Assembly: GCA_002763265.1 (NCBI GenBank) | Contig: PEZQ01000003.1 | Coordinates: forward strand, 19,761-83,760 | Length of the DNA: 64,000 nt | Reading direction: 5' to 3' | Source of the DNA: an archaeon CG10_big_fil_rev_8_21_14_0_10_43_11 | GTDB taxonomy: Archaea > Nanobdellota > Nanobdellia > PEZQ01 | In this document: piece after piece, positions 39,228-49,090 of the stretch | Numbering within the stretch: position 1 is the stretch's first letter | Layout of the letters: each line of letters begins with the position of its first letter | Program-made: the position numbers and the translations under genes | Notes under the pieces: generated by a model | Database searches by the model: none | What the model was told of the DNA's origin: nothing | The model's input: the letters and a program-made list of their open reading frames with translations, nothing else

Positions 39228-40084
39228 CGCGCAATCAAAAGTAAATACGCAGCAATAATAAGAATCGCTGAAGGCAAGTATACAAACAAATATGAATCAT
39301 TTAATGCACTTGCACACTCTTCGCTCGCATGGGTTGGCAGATATTCTTTTACTAAACAAGCAAGAAGCGTTTCGCGAGGCACACCAAATGGCACGCCGTA
39401 CCCTTCTCCAATACGCGCGCGCATTACGTATTCCTGCTCGCTAAAATCTTGTTTTTCATTAAGAAAAGTGATAATATCAGTTTTCATAGACTGCGAGTTC
39501 CACCCAAGCTCATCAAATAAGCGCACGGCAAAATACGTTTCTAAAACACTTGCTCGCACCACACTTGCATTAGTCCGCTCAGCAAAACCGGATTCAGGAA
39601 TTTTAAATGCAAGCACATGAGAAATGATAGCATCAGCTTCTGTTTTTGGCACATCACTGCCAAGAATGCTCTGAATCCGCACATACGCGTACCACGCACG
39701 GGGCGTGAGTTCTCCTGCATCACTCACATAGGCACGTGAGCGTGCAAGAATGGTGCGAACCATTCCCTCTGAGAGCTCGTTTAAGTATTTGAACTGGCTG
39801 AATGTTTCAAGCGCAATCATTGTTGCGTACAAGGGGTCTTCATTTCCTACCTGAAAAAAGCCCTGGTCGTATTGATTTACAAAGAAATTAATAATTGCAT
39901 CTTTTTTTATGAGAAAACTCATTGCCTGTTCTGAGGCGGCCTGCACCACGTTTCCCGTTACGCTAATGCTTGGCGTAGCCCCAATATCATGACTAAGACC
40001 TGTTTCTTGTGATGCAATAAACAGTTTTGCAAATGGGATGAGTGCGAAAACGATTAATACTCCTGCAATAACGGTTCGTCTCAT
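39224..40084 (-). CDS. Membrane-anchored protein with prenyltransferase-like helical repeats
   Basis: N- and C-terminal TMs, with GFF...LYATMIAL and SGF...LETYFAV repeats. Confidence 0.6.
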   Translation of the reverse strand: MRRTVIAGVLIVFALIPFAKLFIASQETGLSHDIGATPSISVTGNVVQAASEQAMSFLIKKDAIINFFVNQYDQGFFQVGNEDPLYATMIALETFSQFKYLNELSEGMVRTILARSRAYVSDAGELTPRAWYAYVRIQSILGSDVPKTEADAIISHVLAFKIPESGFAERTNASVVRASVLETYFAVRLFDELGWNSQSMKTDIITFLNEKQDFSEQEYVMRARIGEGYGVPFGVPRETLLACLVKEYLPTHASEECASALNDSYLFVYLPSAILIIAAYLLLIAR

Positions 40085-40102
40085 AGTCTTACTCTCCTGC
40101 GC

Positions 40103-40819
40103 TTATCCGTACATATTTCTGCTCTCATCGCTTTCATGCTTGACTTCTTTTGCCTTGCCAATCAAGTCCTTTATTTTCTTTTCAAACTCTTCTGCTTCAG
40201 CTACAAGCGGCTTGACATCTACATTCACTTTAAAAAGCGACCCCAATTTTTTGATGAGTGCAACAGCAGCAAGCCCGTCTGGATAGTTTGAATGGCTTTC
40301 AGCCATAAGGCAGAGCGCTTTTATTTTTTTATACTTGCATGCAAGCATGATTGCCGCGCTCACACCAAGAATGTATCCTGTCTTAACTGGTTCAAGACCG
40401 CTTGGCAATTTTGTTTTAATATTCGCATCAATGCCAAATACGCGCGGTTCTTCTGCTATGTTAGGAGAATTAATTCCTTCCAAGCACACGATGCGTGATG
40501 CATTAATCTCTTTTGCCCATTTTACAATTGCTTCTCCAACATCATGAATAAGCGTTGCCGGCACGGGAAACTCTGAACTGATAATGACCCATCCTTTTGA
40601 AGGAACATCATAAATACGGATAGGATTGTACACGTCCCCGTCCTGAATAAAACTTAAGGGGGGTAAATGCGGTGATTCAATGTGACCAATTTGCTTTGCA
40701 TCTAGTTTTTGCGTTAAATACTTTGACGCGATTGAGCCAACAAGACCCACACCGGGAAATCCCTCAATAATAATTGGCGCTTTTGTTTTTGGCTTTTTAG
40801 AAACAATCCTTACCTCCAT
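40103..40819 (-). CDS. PAC2-family proteasome assembly chaperone (Pba-like)
   Basis: EGFPGVGLVG and YPDG.AA. C-terminal HbYX motif (M-Y-G). Confidence 0.92.
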   Translation of the reverse strand: MEVRIVSKKPKTKAPIIIEGFPGVGLVGSIASKYLTQKLDAKQIGHIESPHLPPLSFIQDGDVYNPIRIYDVPSKGWVIISSEFPVPATLIHDVGEAIVKWAKEINASRIVCLEGINSPNIAEEPRVFGIDANIKTKLPSGLEPVKTGYILGVSAAIMLACKYKKIKALCLMAESHSNYPDGLAAVALIKKLGSLFKVNVDVKPLVAEAEEFEKKIKDLIGKAKEVKHESDESRNMYG

Positions 40820-40852
40820 AGTGTATCTACACGCACGCAGGGTATTTAACAG

Positions 40853-42154
40853 TTATCTGTTGTAGAAGCTTCGTAATTTCAAGATGAATATAAGCAGAAA
40901 TAATCCAACAAGACCAACCCCTATAGAAATCTCCATAAGCACACTTTCTTCTGCTCTACTGCGAATGCTCACAAAACGCGTTGCAGACGTTGTTGCAAAG
41001 AGTTGTGACAATCCATAATTGCCAAGAGAAAACTCGTCAATACTTTGATTGAGTAACGCAACCGCGTATGCATACTCCTGTTTCATCTCGCCGCGATTTC
41101 CTAAATACGCGTATTTGAGAATGTTTGCTGCTTTTTCCCGAACGACGTTAGAAGAATTAATCAAACGACCCAGGCTCTTTGTTATGTTTGCTTGCCCCTG
41201 CATTACAATTGAAATAAGTTCTTGGCTTTGGCCTTCATCATATATTACGCGCACGCGCTCGTTTCGTGATGAACTGCCTAAGCTCACATTCAAAAGACGA
41301 ACACTTGCATTAGTTGAAACATTGCCAAACAAGTGTGACGCGCTTCGAAACGTGAGAGTCACATTGTGAAGCGGGATGAGGCACGTATTATTGATGCTAA
41401 AAAAGATGTCTTGACTGCTATCACGGGTTGCAGGCATTTGGTTTGGTCCGTCAATTTCAACACAATCTCCTGAAATAATGATTGGCTCACGCGCGCTATA
41501 GATTTTTCCGCCAAATTCGGTTTCAACACGAATTGTGTACGAACCTGGAAGTATATCTCTAAGCTTGATACTTTTGGTATAATCAACTACGCCGCTCACG
41601 TTTTGTTTGGTATCAGAGTCGCCAAGAATAAACACGTTTGATTCATCGTACAGGCCATAATACACTTCAAAAAATGTTGCACTCTCAAAATTCACCAAGC
41701 GAACATCAATGTCAATGGTAGCATCATCTTCAAACACTGATTTCTCAAGACTAATATTGAGCAGAGCACCCGAACAGTCCGTATCATTTTGCACACACGT
41801 TGCGCCAAACGCACTTGCACACCCGCTGTCAGCTTCGCACCGATACACGCGTCCTTCAAAACAGACGCCTTCAGTAAACGTAAAAACTCGCTTGTCTCCA
41901 CAACACTGACTAATGCTGCTAACATATTCTCCGCACTCGTTGCACGCGCTTGTTGAACTCACTGAAACCCACTCTCCATTGTGGCATACGTATTCAAACC
42001 CGCACGCAAGTGAGGTTGCACTTCTCGTTGATGCATTCACATAGCACACCTCCCCATCAAAACAACTTATTGGGTTATCAGTGCACTCCTCAGCAAATAC
42101 AACACTTGCTGAGGCAAGCACAAAAAACAAACCAAGTATGAATCGCACTCCCAC
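40853..42154 (-). CDS. Cell-surface protein (Cys-rich region, Ig-like domains, C-terminal TM)
   Basis: Signal peptide, Cys-rich N-region, PGSYTIRV beta-sandwich motif and many sequons. Confidence 0.75.
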   Translation of the reverse strand: MGVRFILGLFFVLASASVVFAEECTDNPISCFDGEVCYVNASTRSATSLACGFEYVCHNGEWVSVSSTSACNECGEYVSSISQCCGDKRVFTFTEGVCFEGRVYRCEADSGCASAFGATCVQNDTDCSGALLNISLEKSVFEDDATIDIDVRLVNFESATFFEVYYGLYDESNVFILGDSDTKQNVSGVVDYTKSIKLRDILPGSYTIRVETEFGGKIYSAREPIIISGDCVEIDGPNQMPATRDSSQDIFFSINNTCLIPLHNVTLTFRSASHLFGNVSTNASVRLLNVSLGSSSRNERVRVIYDEGQSQELISIVMQGQANITKSLGRLINSSNVVREKAANILKYAYLGNRGEMKQEYAYAVALLNQSIDEFSLGNYGLSQLFATTSATRFVSIRSRAEESVLMEISIGVGLVGLFLLIFILKLRSFYNR

Positions 42155-42243
42155 AATGTATACTGGTGTTGACCCTGATTAATTAAACTTTCCAACAACA
42201 TATTTTTATTCACAAAACATAAAGAAAACACAAAAACCACCTT

Positions 42244-43434
42244 ATGGCAGACACTATTACCCATTACTACATACACGACCTACTCGTTAACGGACTACTC
42301 TTTAGCACGCCAGTTATTGTTTTGTACTTAATGCAATTTGTAAGCATTGGAAACGTGCTGCTTTTAACTTCGCTCCAATTCTTTCTTGTTGCAGCACTTG
42401 AAATCCCCACCGGCATTTTTGCTGACGTGTACGGACGAAAAGCATCACTTATTGTTGGTTCTCTTGTTTCAATGATTGGATGGAGTGTGTTTCTTTTCTC
42501 ACGCTCGCTTAGCTCTTTTGCACTTGCATACGTCAGTTTTGGCATTGGTTTTGCGTTTATTTCAACAAGCATTGAAAGCATGGTGTATGACACGCTTCGA
42601 AGCACAAAACAAGAAGGACGCGCAACAGAAATATTTGGCAAAGCCATCTTCTACTCATCACGCATCTCACCATTTGTGCTTATTGCAAGCGGCTTTATTG
42701 CAAAAATAAATTATGGGCTAGTCTTTCTGCTTGAAGCACTCAAATGGCCGCTTGTCGCGCTTAACGCATACCTCATCCCTGAACCAAGTCATCGCACACC
42801 AAAACGGGTGCGTGCCTACGTGCAGGAATCAAAAGCAAGCATCACTGCTGCGCTCAACATTCCTAATTTTGGCGCGTTTGTACTTATCTCAGGACTTGTC
42901 TATGCACTTGTGCACATCACGTCACAATATGACCAACCGCTTATGTACGCTGCTGGTGTTGACGTTGCCTTATTTGGTATTATTTATGCAATCATGCAAT
43001 CACTAAGCGGATGGGCTGCGCGTTTTGCTCACCACCTTGAACGCATAACCACACCAAAAAATGTGCTTCGACTCATACTCGCCCTGTACGGCAGCGTTCT
43101 CTTTTTTCTTGCTATCTATGGCCACCCATTTATTGTAGTATTTCTTGTTGCAACACGCTTTACTACAAAAGGACTTGAAACACCCATTCTTTTGCAATAC
43201 ATAAACCGTTTTATCCCTTCAAAAAAACGCTCAACACTCGCCTCGTTTTACGTATTCATGCAATCAGCAATACTCGTCTTTGCTTCAGCAGTGTTTAACG
43301 TGTTTACAGACCAGTATGAAACAAGCGGCGCACTTGTTATTGCTGGTGTGCTTATTCTTGGTCTCATACCGTTTGTAGTTGAATCTCCTACACGTCAACT
43401 TTCAAAAAATCGTAGGCAGCAACGCATTTCTTAA
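42244..43434 (+). CDS. MFS transporter
   Basis: EIPTGIFADVYGRK motif A and about 12 TMs. Confidence 0.92.
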   Translation: MADTITHYYIHDLLVNGLLFSTPVIVLYLMQFVSIGNVLLLTSLQFFLVAALEIPTGIFADVYGRKASLIVGSLVSMIGWSVFLFSRSLSSFALAYVSFGIGFAFISTSIESMVYDTLRSTKQEGRATEIFGKAIFYSSRISPFVLIASGFIAKINYGLVFLLEALKWPLVALNAYLIPEPSHRTPKRVRAYVQESKASITAALNIPNFGAFVLISGLVYALVHITSQYDQPLMYAAGVDVALFGIIYAIMQSLSGWAARFAHHLERITTPKNVLRLILALYGSVLFFLAIYGHPFIVVFLVATRFTTKGLETPILLQYINRFIPSKKRSTLASFYVFMQSAILVFASAVFNVFTDQYETSGALVIAGVLILGLIPFVVESPTRQLSKNRRQQRIS

Positions 43435-44296
43435 AAATCTCACGACACTCCTTTTCAAGTGGCTTTATGCGCGCATACTTTTTTGAAAAATGCGTGATGT
43501 AGAGCACGCCCACTCCAGCAAGTTTTGCAAGTTCAGCAGCTTCATGCGTGGTCATATGATTCTTCTCTTTTTTGTCACGCTCAAGCGTGTCAAGCTGAGA
43601 AAACGTTGCCTCACTAATCAAAACATCAGCTCCCTCACAAAAAGCAGCAAGCGAGTTTGTAAATCGCGCGTCACCCGTGTACACAACCCGCTTCCCGCTC
43701 TGCACCCATGTTGCGTCTTTTGCTAAAATCTTTTTTCCTTTGTATTCAATATTCTCTCCTTTTTGGAGTTTGCCAAGAAGAGGATGCTTGGAGAGACCAA
43801 ATTTTTTTGTGTAGTCAACATTAATCTTGATTTTGTCCTTTTCAACAAAGCTAAAGGCAAGACTAGTTGGTGAGTGGCGTGTTTTAGCACACCAAATCTC
43901 AAAATCCTTAGTGTTCACGACGTTTGTTGGTGCATGCGCATCAACTTCAATTATTTTGATAGGAAACCCGCCCACTTTTCCAAACACGTCTTCAAGAAGG
44001 GACAGTTTATGTTTTGTGCTGGTAAAACCAATAATGGTCAATGTTTTTTTTCGCTCGTTCATCTGCATAGAGCGCAATAACGGATACAAACCGGCGCTAT
44101 GGTCTGCATGCCAGTGAGATATGAGAATATAATCAATTTTGGTACCAAGCAAGCCTGCACGTGTGAGCTGGCGCTGCGTTGCTTCACCACAATCAAACAA
44201 GACGCGCGTGCCCTCTTTTGTGAGATGAATTGCTGCATGGTTCCGCTCTTTTGTTGGCACTGCAGAACTCGTGCCAAGAAATACTAATTCAATCAT
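43388..44296 (-). CDS. rnz: Ribonuclease Z
   Basis: FLGTS..VPT, DCGE, HWHADH, TGD, EATF, THFS. Confidence 0.95.
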   Translation of the reverse strand: MIELVFLGTSSAVPTKERNHAAIHLTKEGTRVLFDCGEATQRQLTRAGLLGTKIDYILISHWHADHSAGLYPLLRSMQMNERKKTLTIIGFTSTKHKLSLLEDVFGKVGGFPIKIIEVDAHAPTNVVNTKDFEIWCAKTRHSPTSLAFSFVEKDKIKINVDYTKKFGLSKHPLLGKLQKGENIEYKGKKILAKDATWVQSGKRVVYTGDARFTNSLAAFCEGADVLISEATFSQLDTLERDKKEKNHMTTHEAAELAKLAGVGVLYITHFSKKYARIKPLEKECREIFKKCVAAYDFLKVDV

Positions 44297-44565
44297 ACCA
44301 CTAAAGACATAGGTAGCTCCATAAAAAAGTTATGATACGTGCTACAAAGAAAAAAACTTTAATTCACTCGAAGAGATAGTATTTCCTTTGCAGGATAATA
44401 CCATTCTTTATAGCATTAAACGAGTACGACCCGACTTATCAAAGCCCTTATTATTGGCGGAGCAATCCTTTTTTCAGCCTCGCTTGCAGGCTCATATATG
44501 ATGGGAATGTAAATGAGAAAAAAAAGAAAGGTTTTATTTCTCTCTTTGTCTTTACTTTTTTTGTA

Positions 44566-45255
44566 ATGAAGTACATTGACGTGCACGCGCACACGTGGGA
44601 ACTTGAAAATGAAAAAGACATTCTCACCGAGTGCAAAAAACAGGGCATTCTTGTTATCAACAATGGTACAAACCCTGACACGAACGCACACGTGCTCAAA
44701 GCAGACTCACTAAAAGCCGTGGGGTGGTGGCCCCACGAACGCGCGCAACAAAATACTATTGAAACACAAGCCCAAAACAAAGAGGTTATTGCACTTGGAG
44801 AGATTGGTCTTGACTTTTATTATCAAACAATTAGTGAAAAACAGCAACGTGCCCACTTTACGTTTATGCTTGCGCTTGCAAAAGAACTTGATAAACCCGT
44901 GATTGTGCACAGCAGAAAAGCAGAAAGCGCAGTTCTTGATGTTCTCAAACACTATGACCTGCCTGTTGTACTCCACTCTTTTACGGGAAAAAAATCCCTT
45001 ATCAAAGAAGGTGTTATGCGCGGCTACTACTTTAGCGTGCCAACCATTGTTGTTAAAGCTTCAAATTTTCAAACCCTTGTAAAACTCGTGCCAGAAACAC
45101 AACTTCTTACTGAAACTGACACACCCTATATGGGTGCCACATTTCCAAACACGCCGCTTTCACTACCCCTCGTGGTTGAAAAAATCAATGAGCTAAAAGA
45201 AGATGACCTTACAAAAACCGTGTTTAAGAACGCAAAAACCGTGTTTTCATTCTAA
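44566..45255 (+). CDS. tatD: TatD family deoxyribonuclease
   Basis: DVHAH, GEIGLD, HSR, HSF, ETD.PY. Confidence 0.93.
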   Translation: MKYIDVHAHTWELENEKDILTECKKQGILVINNGTNPDTNAHVLKADSLKAVGWWPHERAQQNTIETQAQNKEVIALGEIGLDFYYQTISEKQQRAHFTFMLALAKELDKPVIVHSRKAESAVLDVLKHYDLPVVLHSFTGKKSLIKEGVMRGYYFSVPTIVVKASNFQTLVKLVPETQLLTETDTPYMGATFPNTPLSLPLVVEKINELKEDDLTKTVFKNAKTVFSF

Positions 45256-45287
45256 AAAAAAATGGTGAAGCGTGAAGTAGCGCGTCT

Positions 45288-45590
45288 TTACTTGGTAAGT
45301 GCAATTTCAATAATTGAAACGTTTGTATTCTTGCCTTCGCGCGAGGTTAACTTTTCTGACCCAATAGTAATGGCGTTGATTTTTACATCATTCATAAATC
45401 GGTTTCGAAGCACTTCAGTCACATCAACTGCGCGTGAAATGTTTTTTCCCCGCGCTTTGAGCGTGATGATTTCTGCACCACCATTAAACTGAAGCATTGC
45501 TGCAGTTACATAATTCATAAAGGGTTTTATACCAATGTAGATAATGTTGTCAGCGCTCTTTTTCTCGCTTGTTTTCTTACTTGCTGCCAT
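45288..45590 (-). CDS. albA: Chromatin protein Alba
   Basis: IG.KPFMNYV and KARG..ISRAVDV. Confidence 0.97.
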   Translation of the reverse strand: MAASKKTSEKKSADNIIYIGIKPFMNYVTAAMLQFNGGAEIITLKARGKNISRAVDVTEVLRNRFMNDVKINAITIGSEKLTSREGKNTNVSIIEIALTK

Positions 45591-45593
45591 GAC

Positions 45594-45797
45594 TTATGCC
45601 ACCTCCCACTCTTTAACGGTCTTCTTGAGTCGCGTGATGTGTCCTGCTACTCGGTTTCGAAGTCGTTTTGAGGGGATGAATGCGACATCTTTGAGGGCTT
45701 CTTTGTTTTTTGCAAAGTCCGCGCTAAAACGTTCAGGATCCTGCATGAACAGTTTTTTTCCCTTGTTTTTGATAATTACTGGTTTTACTCGGCCCAT
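45594..45797 (-). CDS. rps17e: 30S ribosomal protein S17e
   Basis: MGRVK...DF..NK...SKRLRNRVAG.IT. Confidence 0.96.
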   Translation of the reverse strand: MGRVKPVIIKNKGKKLFMQDPERFSADFAKNKEALKDVAFIPSKRLRNRVAGHITRLKKTVKEWEVA

Positions 45798-45846
45798 GAT
45801 TAGCATAGAGTAACTTTTTAATAGTTTAAAAGCTTTTTTCTTTCTC

Positions 45847-46746
45847 GTGATTTACCTTTTCCTGCTCATTGCTGCGCTTGGTCTGCTACTTTACGTGGCA
45901 TATTTCTACTTTAAAGGAGTTTTTTTCCTTGCACTCGCGTTTGTTCTTGCTGTTATCGCGTTTAAAGTGTTTATAAAAAAGTTTCAGCACTACGAGCGTG
46001 CAGTAATATTTGCGTTTGGCAGATTCAGCAGGATTGCAGGACCCGGATGGTCTATTGTCATCCCCTTTATGGAAGAAGTCAAAGAAGTGTATGACGTGCG
46101 CACAACAAGCATGAAACTCAAAGTCCCGCTTTCCCTTACAAAAGAAGAAATCCGGCTTCGAATTGTTGGCACGCTTTACTATAAAGTTGAAGACCCTAAA
46201 AAAGCGTATCTTGAAATCCAAAACCTTGTGTATAACATAAAAGAAATTGCAGAAGCAGAAGTGCGAAACTTTGTTTCAAAAATTAGCTTTAATTACATTC
46301 TTGCAAACATTGACAAAATCAATGAACTCTTTGTTGACAGACTCAAGCACTTAACCCTCAAATTTGGCATTGGCATTGACTTATTTGAACTTGATGAAAT
46401 CAGACCGCCAGAAGAGCTTGTGGATGCTATGCAAAATGTTGAGATTGAAGAAGAAAAATATCAGGCACAAAAATTCAGAGCACTTGCAAACAAAGTGGTT
46501 ATCACTGCTATTGGAGAAGCTGCTAAATCGCTTGACCAGCGCGCCATTTCATACTTGTACGTGAAGGCAATTGAAGGCATTGAAAAAGACAAAGCATCAA
46601 AAATTGTATTCCCTATGGAATTTATGAGCGTGCTTGACAATGTGGGCAGCAAAATGCTTGAAAAAGTAGATATTGGCGGCATTGATATAGGTAAAGCCGT
46701 TGACATGGTCAAAAAAACTATTCTTTCACAAGGAGGCGCTGAATAA
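45847..46746 (+). CDS. SPFH/Band 7 domain protein
   Basis: N-terminal TMs, YERAVIF.FGR..GPG, and PP.EL.DAM. Confidence 0.88.
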   Translation: MIYLFLLIAALGLLLYVAYFYFKGVFFLALAFVLAVIAFKVFIKKFQHYERAVIFAFGRFSRIAGPGWSIVIPFMEEVKEVYDVRTTSMKLKVPLSLTKEEIRLRIVGTLYYKVEDPKKAYLEIQNLVYNIKEIAEAEVRNFVSKISFNYILANIDKINELFVDRLKHLTLKFGIGIDLFELDEIRPPEELVDAMQNVEIEEEKYQAQKFRALANKVVITAIGEAAKSLDQRAISYLYVKAIEGIEKDKASKIVFPMEFMSVLDNVGSKMLEKVDIGGIDIGKAVDMVKKTILSQGGAE

Positions 46747-47054
46747 TGACTGATTTAGAAGACCGTGTCTTAGGAAAGAACCTGGTGCATGTACAATCAT
46801 GGATTGAAAGTGAGCGGGGCTGGGGAACACGACCTGATGGTTGGTCTTTTCATCTTTCACGAGCAGACTATGCCGCGTTCGTTAAGAATTACTGGGATGC
46901 CCAACCTGATGAAACCCCTGATGAATACTCACGACCCGCTGAAAAAGAACTTGTTGTAGCTCAGGTTACACCTGACTTGTATGCGCGCGTAAAAAAGAAT
47001 GAGCATGGCCTGCGCCTCTATAATATTCAGGGCATTCTTAAGATACTTTTATAA
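46746..47054 (+). CDS. Hypothetical protein
   Basis: 102 aa with WIESERGWG.RPDG and PDEYSRP. 1-nt overlap with the SPFH stop. Confidence 0.7.
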   Translation: MTDLEDRVLGKNLVHVQSWIESERGWGTRPDGWSFHLSRADYAAFVKNYWDAQPDETPDEYSRPAEKELVVAQVTPDLYARVKKNEHGLRLYNIQGILKILL

Positions 47055-47072
47055 TACTCGGATCCTTTTGTT

Positions 47073-47594
47073 ATGCTCATGTTCTCACTTGCAGAGCTTT
47101 TTGGCATTGCAATTTCAAGCATTGGCGTGACCTACATTTTTTCAGGACTCATTCCCGGACAAATGAAGGATAAAGAGCGCTTCAAACTAAGCGCACTTAT
47201 TGCTATTCCCTCATTATTGCTTCACGAGTTTGCACACAAGTTTGTTGCCATTGCTTTTGGCATGAGCGCAACGTATCACGCTAATTTTTGGGGGCTCTTT
47301 ATTGGTGTGGCACTCAAAACTATGGGGCTTCCTATCTTTTTTGTTCCTGCTTACGTCTCAATTAGCGCCTTTACTGCAACAAAGACCGGACTCATTCTTA
47401 CTGGACTAGCTGGACCAGCACTTAATGGCTTTCTTTTTGCTATAACCTATCCTTTGGAAAAATATATGAAGACCAGAAACCAGCACATACTCCTTTACGT
47501 AACGCGCCAGATAAATATGTGGTTGCTTATCCTCAACCTCCTGCCCATCCCGGGAACAGATGGTTTTAATGCGCTTAGATATTTACTCGCTTAA
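47073..47594 (+). CDS. M50 site-2 metalloprotease
   Basis: HEFAH, AGP..N, NLLPIPGTDG. Confidence 0.9.
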   Translation: MLMFSLAELFGIAISSIGVTYIFSGLIPGQMKDKERFKLSALIAIPSLLLHEFAHKFVAIAFGMSATYHANFWGLFIGVALKTMGLPIFFVPAYVSISAFTATKTGLILTGLAGPALNGFLFAITYPLEKYMKTRNQHILLYVTRQINMWLLILNLLPIPGTDGFNALRYLLA

Positions 47595-47934
47595 TCAGGT
47601 CATATCGTGCAAGCGCTTCAACGTGCTGAATGTGAAATTTCTTGAGCCTTCTCCAATAAAACAAGTTAACACGAACCCCTACCTCGCCAAAATAGCGCTT
47701 AAGCTTGTCAGTTAGTTCAACACCCTTTGTGTCATGGTCCATCAAAAGTATCACATCCTTAGTGGTCTTTGAGACGCTCTCGCAAAACAAGCGCAAATCC
47801 CCCTGAATTTTTATTGCAGAAATACCCCGTGCTTCAAGTGCAACTCTATCCTTTCTGCCTTCAACAATAATAGGAAACGGCTCTTGTTTTAGCGCACCAA
47901 CCCATTGTTCGAGCGTGTCAAATAATTCTTTCAA
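47575..47934 (-). CDS. Small Toprim-domain protein
   Basis: IIVEGRKD and LMDHD..G. Probable TTG start overlapping the upstream stop. Confidence 0.85.
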   Translation of the reverse strand: MKELFDTLEQWVGALKQEPFPIIVEGRKDRVALEARGISAIKIQGDLRLFCESVSKTTKDVILLMDHDTKGVELTDKLKRYFGEVGVRVNLFYWRRLKKFHIQHVEALARYDLIKRVNI

Positions 47935-48350
47935 CGAAAACCAACCCCTTTTTTTAACCCCTTCCACATGATGCTGATAAGCGTGTGCGGGGTCACCCAC
48001 ACGATTTCAAAAAGAAAATTAAAAAAGGTTATTATAAAAATTGCGCCAAGCGTAACGCCCAAGGCAAACAGGAAAAAACCAAAAAGTTTGGAAACAAGCA
48101 GCATAATAATCCAGGTCAAGAAAAGCACGTAATAATCCTGAATGATGTGTTGCAAACACGCAAGACCTGCGCCAACGCGTTTGTGCTTGAGCGCATAAAA
48201 GACGGGGTGGATAAAAGGGTTATGGCGAATCACGCGATGACGCCATTTGAGCGCGCCTTGGGCAGGTGCGTCCATGTGGCGGTGTACATAACTGTAACTC
48301 CTGCCAAGCAGGCGCTTACTCCACTTGCTGTGCACAATTCCTGAAGGCAT
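47931..48350 (-). CDS. Hypothetical His-rich membrane protein
   Basis: H...H..MD.P...HR..RH...HI..D pattern suggesting metal binding, plus two TMs. Confidence 0.6.
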   Translation of the reverse strand: MPSGIVHSKWSKRLLGRSYSYVHRHMDAPAQGALKWRHRVIRHNPFIHPVFYALKHKRVGAGLACLQHIIQDYYVLFLTWIIMLLVSKLFGFFLFALGVTLGAIFIITFFNFLFEIVWVTPHTLISIMWKGLKKGVGFR

Positions 48351-48748
48351 TAGTGTATTAGGGCTGTGTTAAACTACATTAGGGTTTTGATTGCGTGACC
48401 ATAAACTATTAAAAACCCCGCATAATAGGTAACGATTGTTATGTGTGAGAGCGAATCTCTTCCCCTTTTTCGAAGCATACAAAACACGTACCATGCAATC
48501 ACGTTGAGTGATAACATTCCAACAAATCCTGGTCACGTAGTAACTCAACTGCCCCAGTACGTGCAGAACATGAATCTAGAAAACCTCGCGTCTCATGTAT
48601 TACGCTATCGGGTCTTGTACTAAGAAACTGATTATTTCAGGTACTGTGCTACTACTTTCTTTGACGTTTTTTGAGCGCGCTTAATCATTGGCTTGAGCAT
48701 TTTTTTCTTATGCAAATAGAGCAGTATCCCTCCTCCAACAGTAAGCAC

Positions 48749-49004
48749 GCCAATATGGGTTTAGGGGGGGCATAATGTCCCGATAATAAAAAATCACAAA
48801 GGAATAAGAAAACTAACTCCAAGAGAATGTTTTTTATTGCAAGGCTTCCCTAAAAACTTTAAATTACCTAAAAATCTCGCAGATAGTAAATTATATCATC
48901 AAGCAGGTAATAGTGTTGTTGTTTCTGTAATTCAAAGAATAGCTGAAAATATGAAAATTGTTTTAGAAGGTGGACGGATTAATCCACAAAAAAGTTTAAC
49001 TTAA
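48749..49004 (+). pseudogene. C5 DNA cytosine methyltransferase, C-terminal remnant
   Basis: Own translation: ANMGLGG/HNVPII...IRKLTPRECFLLQGFP (motif IX)...LYHQAGNSV (motif X). A G7 run at 48764-48770 shifts frame. AT-rich. Confidence 0.88.
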
Positions 49005-49090
49005 TTTTTTAGATGATTAAGTCCCTTTAACTTAACAATGTACACTCTCCACAACATTTAAAAAAGCAAGAAGAATAGCTTGCTCGCACA

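Noticed and set aside
43388..43434. Convergent 3' overlaps (also 17668-17693 and 10938-10949)
   Set aside because: Expected in compact genomes, with no sign of dual-coding function.
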